DNA of 64,000 nucleotides from a virus, in the IMG/VR virus record IMGVR_UViG_3300022213_000237, positions 32,001 to 96,000 of that record, one strand, 5' to 3'. How positions within the stretch are numbered: the stretch's first letter is position 1; each line of letters begins with the position of its first letter. Positions 59,701 to 64,000 of this stretch are shown here, piece after piece. The position numbers were made by a program, and so were the translations under genes. The notes beneath the pieces were generated by a model. That model worked only from the letters and a program-made list of their open reading frames with translations, ran no database searches and was not told the DNA's origin.

Positions 59701-62410
59701 TGTCAGCAAAAATTACAATATTCCGTTGTGGCGTAAATCTTCTCCAGTACCTGGCCAAAACTACACCGCCGTAAATTTAGAGCTGCTCGACTCAGATAAC
59801 GGAGACGCAGATTTTTCTGCTGCGTTTGGTGACGACGATGCCTTGTTCTTCCAAGACTGGGCGGTGTTCATGCACGCGCGAGCAAAGTCTCATGGTGGCG
59901 ACGGCGGCTCAGCTCCTCCTGGGTATTCCGATAATAAGGCCCTTTTGTGGAGATATACACTCATGGGAGCGGCAGGTAATCGTGCTACCGTGGCTTACGC
60001 CAACCCCATTGCCGCCAACCAACCCATTACGGCCACAACCAGTAATGGAGCTTTGGCTTCGGTTGAAATTAGATTGCCGAGTGGAGCTGCTCGTGGCGGT
60101 CTCAGTCTTCAAGACAACACCCGCTTTACGACCGCTATTGTGGTTGGTGTACCAGACGATGATGTTACCTATTCGTATAGCGATCTAGTTGCTTCTTACA
60201 CCCGCGTTTCTAATGTCGTTACCGTCACCACCACGGGTAATCACGGTTACGCCGCAGGGGATACTGTTTACACTACCACTGCTGACGTTAACTTCCCTAA
60301 CGGACCCAAAACAATTGTTACCACCCCGGCTGGCAACACCTTTACTTACAATGAGGCGGGAATCAATGCCGGCCCGGTAGCGGGAACTTGCTCGAGTGCG
60401 TCCGCCGCTCCTGACTTTTCAAGTGTAGTTGTTGGTGATGTCGTCAATATCGGAGAAAATACTGGATTCGATGAATCGGCCTTTGGTGCCTTCAGGGTCA
60501 CGGCTAAGACGTCGACCACTTTTACAGTCAAGCGGGTGAGCGGTGAGCAGGTAGCAAATGCAACTCCGGTGTCATTAAATGGAGCAAGCAATTTACAATT
60601 CTATCCAATTGATACGGCCAATAGTAGCGCGGCTCAAATCGCGACATGGGTGAATGCAAATATTCCCTCTATAGTAACCGCAGCGGCGGTAGAGAATGGT
60701 GGCGGTAATCCAGGAATTGGGGTCATTGATAGGTCTACCGAAGCCGAATATCTTGAGGGGTACGGAAATACGACTGCCGGAACTCCTGTCCTGTATTATT
60801 CTCTAGTTGACGGAATAAATTGGGTGAAAGACTGCGATATTACTCTAAGTCCGGCCATCTTTTCGTTTAAGAATGATGTCAATACAGATTTAGTATCAAA
60901 CTCGGATTTTGATAATGAAGAATTCCGTCTCGTTCCTATCTTAGCTAAGGGCATTGTCAATTGCCTCTCAAGTCCAGGCACCAGCGGTTTTTATGCTGGC
61001 AGTGAGGAAAAGCGTTCGAGCCGCGCCGCGTACGTTCAATTAAGCTCTCTAACGGCTGGGTCCGACGGAAGCGTACAGGTTACCGGAGGAACGGCTAATT
61101 CTGTAGGCCCTACGGTAATGGGTTCAGGTTCTCAGGTCGATTCTACTTACACCAAAGTGTCAATACCCGCGACACAGGCAAAGGGTTTGGTTGGAGACCA
61201 GTGGTGCGCTCTTCAAGGTAGTGCGGTACAGCCAAAAGATACGCTACTAACCAGTGCGTCGTCAATTGTTTCTATCCAGCCGGACGGAAATGGTAATTGG
61301 GAAATTAAATTTGATGTGGATCTTTGGAATCACGTACACCAGGATTCTGGTGCTGTTAAATTCCAAATCGACAAAGTCGGCAACTACGCACTCGTTACCC
61401 GCTTCACCGGTACTTTTGGCACGGTTGAAGATGGCATGTGGGTACGTTTCACTTGGACTACGTCTAATTCCGCCAACGCGGGTACCTTTAGAGTTGTGCG
61501 CCAGGTAGATACTACCCACATTTGGATTGAAAATCCTGATGCGGTGGCAGAAACCTTCACGTCTGGGGTATCCGATCAAGTAGAAATTTTCTCTTACGAT
61601 GACATCATGCCCGGCGACACTCTGACCATCGACACGTCAGCATACGGGACCAAGAATCGCGGCACGTTTACAGTAGTAGCGAATTCTGAACTCTCAAACG
61701 ATACTACCCAAGTTAGTATTGCTGGCGACATGGAAGCGTATACGGGGCCCACAGTGCTAGGAGGTAATGTCCAGCTGATTCGGTTCCTGGAAGCTGAACC
61801 TGTACGCATCATCAAGCGTATTTGGACTATGGGTCAGAATACGAACAGCTCTAGCGTGATGGATGTTATATTTGTTGGTGAGACGCTTGCGAATAAGCTC
61901 ACAAGCTCGGCTGGGGTTTCAATCCAACCTCTAGACAAGTTTGAATTTACCACGGACTTAGTTGCTGGTGCAGACGCTTACAGCTACGCAGTAGGTCTTA
62001 TCGGCGAAGTCAATAGAGTTGCTTACGGAGATCCAGCTAACCCATCGGTCTATCCTGGTGTTGTTGCAGCCGGCGCTCAAGTTAATATCTCAGGTCCACT
62101 CATTAAACGAGTAACCGTCTCTTTGGCTGTGCGTTTGCGAACCGGAAGCGCGGCGTCGGTGGCTTCTGATACTATCAATCGCATCAAGAGCGCGGTAGCT
62201 AGCGCCGTGAACCAGACCCCCATCGGGACCTCAATTGCTATTTCCAGTCTTGTCTCGGCTGCTCAAGGTGTTGATGGCGTGACCGCTGTTACTGTTCTCA
62301 GTCCTACTTATGCCTCCGGCAACGACTTAATCGCTGTGGGGTCAAACGAAAAACCAAGAGTCTTGGATCTGGACAATGACGTTCTTGTCGTAACTGTCGG
62401 AGGACAGTAA
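56786..62410 (+). CDS. Giant baseplate J-like (wedge) protein with long inserted beta-domain array
   Basis: GTIGNV, ENDNSLRERI...GT in the N-part; C-terminal IGTSIAISSLVSAAQGVDGV; AATCTT at 56733. Confidence 0.75.
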   Translation: MAGEIPTPRSYQSLLGDMIDGFLSRFGLRGLRVGGPILSILEDAAQSDLRGSQDIFNLLDATDIDRATGLALDRKALDEDLSRFPIKASTGFLTIIDNSFTKISSKVYPGAAAPNAGTTVLKVSDASDFPSTGQVYIGRNTSNFEGPLSYTSPVAAGTYWTITLTSPTLRFHDVNETVTVAQGGDRVVAAGTIVRTSLNNVGPSVNYSITNPATLVDGETEIDGVSIICQQPGTIGNVIAGAISEFSSPPFVGATCTNPLPIDNGQPTENDNSLRERIKATRQSRARGTPLALITNAKGVVAPDENKSVVSANVFQPEGEPAILFIDDGTGYEEVDESVALDVIVDEALGGEQYLKLSTTLLPVTQAFVTSTSTTPFAISPGAKLAIKVAGVLSEHTFENSEFRNISNATAYEVVSAINGDPDLLFSARTANNGTKVVLFARTDSNEDIEVVTPDTGIDANTYFNYPVGTNYTLRLYKNDQLLFKDGKTAIVVSAPQSNWSPTIASGVYLKLKVDSTPAMVYKIVDADFINAGTAYTTVDKDNSLESWASVLNSRIPGIDCTVSAGRLQLVSNRGASGVAAITISQPSGGDKDTDGVTVVNPSNNLVQKGVFTSTIGLTASGRNNDYTLNRNTGELKLSVPLAEDDVLSAGTLFTRAYIQSDEIASGVITLASNANLFFVVDGDASIVSTGLTAATELDLTNPAGERRRYATNPSVAIFQNVQVGDWLALWDPAFTVRGAWRVSFVDPAFTYFEVERNVAHVNELGIAPAANGMVFVRTAAPLQQVVVSSGANRLLSSIATDITDGLEGATASAYRSTYLRVTTDTFGSNGSIFLATADTVGQQLLLPRGTLKVNSTNHLPAIESANREAGTPNFTLGTISTLPGTLGTQLTQAGATLDIGGLIYWPRRLYGTNGGFGNLVDQWTPIDSVAAGTYDLRKTMAGAALSDPIISVSPYSISYEDNLSVILDRQDVSKNYNIPLWRKSSPVPGQNYTAVNLELLDSDNGDADFSAAFGDDDALFFQDWAVFMHARAKSHGGDGGSAPPGYSDNKALLWRYTLMGAAGNRATVAYANPIAANQPITATTSNGALASVEIRLPSGAARGGLSLQDNTRFTTAIVVGVPDDDVTYSYSDLVASYTRVSNVVTVTTTGNHGYAAGDTVYTTTADVNFPNGPKTIVTTPAGNTFTYNEAGINAGPVAGTCSSASAAPDFSSVVVGDVVNIGENTGFDESAFGAFRVTAKTSTTFTVKRVSGEQVANATPVSLNGASNLQFYPIDTANSSAAQIATWVNANIPSIVTAAAVENGGGNPGIGVIDRSTEAEYLEGYGNTTAGTPVLYYSLVDGINWVKDCDITLSPAIFSFKNDVNTDLVSNSDFDNEEFRLVPILAKGIVNCLSSPGTSGFYAGSEEKRSSRAAYVQLSSLTAGSDGSVQVTGGTANSVGPTVMGSGSQVDSTYTKVSIPATQAKGLVGDQWCALQGSAVQPKDTLLTSASSIVSIQPDGNGNWEIKFDVDLWNHVHQDSGAVKFQIDKVGNYALVTRFTGTFGTVEDGMWVRFTWTTSNSANAGTFRVVRQVDTTHIWIENPDAVAETFTSGVSDQVEIFSYDDIMPGDTLTIDTSAYGTKNRGTFTVVANSELSNDTTQVSIAGDMEAYTGPTVLGGNVQLIRFLEAEPVRIIKRIWTMGQNTNSSSVMDVIFVGETLANKLTSSAGVSIQPLDKFEFTTDLVAGADAYSYAVGLIGEVNRVAYGDPANPSVYPGVVAAGAQVNISGPLIKRVTVSLAVRLRTGSAASVASDTINRIKSAVASAVNQTPIGTSIAISSLVSAAQGVDGVTAVTVLSPTYASGNDLIAVGSNEKPRVLDLDNDVLVVTVGGQ

Positions 62411-62412
62411 TT

Positions 62413-63522
62413 GTGGCCACCTGGAATTCAGTCGTAAGCGGTACGGGCGAAGATTTATATAGCGTCTGGGGTGCTTCCGCAAATGATGTATGGGCAGTGG
62501 GTACAAATGGCACCATATTACACTGGGATGGAGTAAGCTGGTCTTCGGTTGTCAGCGGTACGGCTGCATCTTTGTTTGGTGTCTGGGGTTTTGCGTCTAA
62601 CGACGTATGGGCCTGCGGCACTGGTGGCACCATATTACACTGGGATGGAGTAAGCTGGTCTTCGGTTGTCAGCGGTACGGCCTCAACGCTATTCCGTATT
62701 TGGGGTATTGCCGCTAACGACATCTGGGTTACCGTCCTTGGGTTTGACGCCAATGTTTATCATTGGGATGGTGTATCGTGGTCTGCTGTTCCTGCATTTA
62801 CGAATACAATTAGCGTCTGGGGAGCAGCATCTAACGACGTCTGGATGGGCAGCAGTGGTGGTAAAATTTACCATTGGGATGGCGTGAACTGGTCTCTGGA
62901 TACTACCATAGGAGCCGCCACCGAATACCTTCGACGTATGCATGGTCAAGGACCTAACGACGTCTGGGTTTCCGGAAGTCTTGATATTACCAATACAACC
63001 GGTTTAGTCTATCACTGGGATGGCGTGAACTGGACGTCCTCCTACGCATCACCTGTGCCGCCAGGATCTCTTGAAGGTGTCTGGAGTTTTACCGCCAACG
63101 ACGTTTGGGCCTCTTCAACCGATGGTTATGTCGTGCACTGGGATGGCGTCAGCTGGACACCAGACAACATTTCGGCTCTACAACTAAAAGGTATTTGGGG
63201 TTTTGCCGCCAACGACGTTTGGGTAGTGGGCTCATCTGGAGAAATATTACATTACACAGATGTAGTTAGCCCTCTTACCTTAGTTCATGCTCAAGCTCCA
63301 GATACTAGGCACGTGGACGTAATCTTCTCATTGCCTGTGGTTGAGCCCGAGGCTTTACTTCCCGAAAATTACGAAATCACTGGGGCCGGCGGGTTAACGG
63401 TTTCGGCGGTGACTAAAAACAGTGCCACAAGTTACAGACTCACTACTGAACGCCATGTTCCCGGCGGGGCCTATACCGTTACAGCCTCCAATATTCATAG
63501 CCTCGACGGGGATCTAATCTAA
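62413..63522 (+). CDS. 7-bladed beta-propeller (WG..ANDVW / HWDG repeats) plus Ig-like domain
   Basis: Seven ~39-aa repeats; N-terminal strand positioned to close the last blade. Confidence 0.75.
   Translation: MATWNSVVSGTGEDLYSVWGASANDVWAVGTNGTILHWDGVSWSSVVSGTAASLFGVWGFASNDVWACGTGGTILHWDGVSWSSVVSGTASTLFRIWGIAANDIWVTVLGFDANVYHWDGVSWSAVPAFTNTISVWGAASNDVWMGSSGGKIYHWDGVNWSLDTTIGAATEYLRRMHGQGPNDVWVSGSLDITNTTGLVYHWDGVNWTSSYASPVPPGSLEGVWSFTANDVWASSTDGYVVHWDGVSWTPDNISALQLKGIWGFAANDVWVVGSSGEILHYTDVVSPLTLVHAQAPDTRHVDVIFSLPVVEPEALLPENYEITGAGGLTVSAVTKNSATSYRLTTERHVPGGAYTVTASNIHSLDGDLI
62508..62681 (+). repeat. 57-bp exact direct repeat within the propeller gene
   Basis: 62508-62564 equals 62625-62681, period 117 bp (one blade). 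Confidence 0.9.
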
Positions 63523-64000
63523 TGCCATCGTCAACAACATTTACCGGCGCTTCCTTCGCCCTCCTCAGCGTATCTCAACAAGCCCCGGCGGCGCTGCGTC
63601 TTAATTTTACAGATGAGCCTTTGCAAGCGAGTTCGTCCGGTGCCAATGACGGTCTCAATCCTCTAAACTATTCACTCAGTGGGCCCGCTATCAACAGAGT
63701 GAGCAGCGTGCAGACTATTGGTGGAGAACCCCAGTCTCTGTATTTAATTCTCGCCGCCCCCTTGATTCCTGGGACCTGGGAAATATCTGTTTCGAACGTT
63801 GAGACACCTTTGGCGGTTGGTCTTAATAGCCCTTCGGCTCTAACTTTTACGGCTTCAGCTTTATCCTCAATTCCACCGCTTTCGCAAGGCAGTATTAACG
63901 ACGATGAAGAAACTCTGCTTCGTAAGCACTTGCCTATGTCCATGGTTGGACGCGGCTGGGACGCCTTAATTGCGGGTCTGGCTGTTGGTGACCGGTACCG
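63522..64000 (+). CDS. Baseplate/structural protein, partial (runs off window end)
   Basis: ATG overlaps the upstream TAA; MPSSTTFTG... Ig-like strand pattern, open to the window end. Confidence 0.6.
   Translation, partial: MPSSTTFTGASFALLSVSQQAPAALRLNFTDEPLQASSSGANDGLNPLNYSLSGPAINRVSSVQTIGGEPQSLYLILAAPLIPGTWEISVSNVETPLAVGLNSPSALTFTASALSSIPPLSQGSINDDEETLLRKHLPMSMVGRGWDALIAGLAVGDRY

Noticed and set aside
62508-62681. DGR or mobile-element repeat
   Set aside because: Exact in-frame repeat with a one-blade period; ordinary intragenic duplication.
578-63943. Many antisense or nested ORFs in the track (e.g. 14263..14835, 22881..23483, 62304..62753)
   Set aside because: They are shadows of well-supported genes on the opposite strand, with no motifs or promoters.
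1-64000. Stop-codon reassignment (alternative genetic code)
   Set aside because: Long genes are intact in the standard code and TAA, TAG and TGA all end well-defined genes; the short ORFs have their own promoters or coupled starts.
1-64000. tRNA/rRNA genes
   Set aside because: No intergenic T-arm (GTTCRA) with a cloverleaf was found by eye; tRNAscan-SE would be needed to exclude them fully.

Overview
A 64 kb segment of a large (jumbo-type) tailed phage genome, probably with a contractile tail. Myxobacteria-style lipoprotein motifs suggest a Myxococcota-like host (inference). Virion genes (fibre/spike-like proteins, a glycoside hydrolase, LysM/gp25-like and giant baseplate-J proteins, a 7-bladed propeller) occur as scattered + strand islands. 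They sit among roughly 100 mostly small - strand accessory and metabolic genes: Rnl2 RNA ligase, Thg1-like protein, HD alarmone hydrolase, two helicases, two AAA+ ATPases, thioredoxin, 2OG-Fe(II) oxygenase, ClpP-like peptidase, RNase H, DUF932, HNH, dUTPase and holin-like genes. The strongest signal not shown by the ORF track is a three-class promoter grammar producing mostly leaderless mRNAs. Class 1 is sigma70-like TTGACA-N17/18-TATAA[AGC]-N6/7-ATG cassettes. Class 2 lacks a -35 and carries a GATC (Dam site) 18-20 nt before the start codon in at least 19 genes. Class 3 is an AATCT[TA] box before virion/lysis genes, often back-to-back with a GATC promoter. Other signals: a shared N-terminal helical peptide on several fibre-like proteins, portable C-terminal Cys/His tags on unrelated small proteins, and several genes broken at homopolymer runs (probably sequencing errors). 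No tRNA, CRISPR array, integrase or reverse transcriptase was seen. All family calls come from motif recognition by eye, not database searches.
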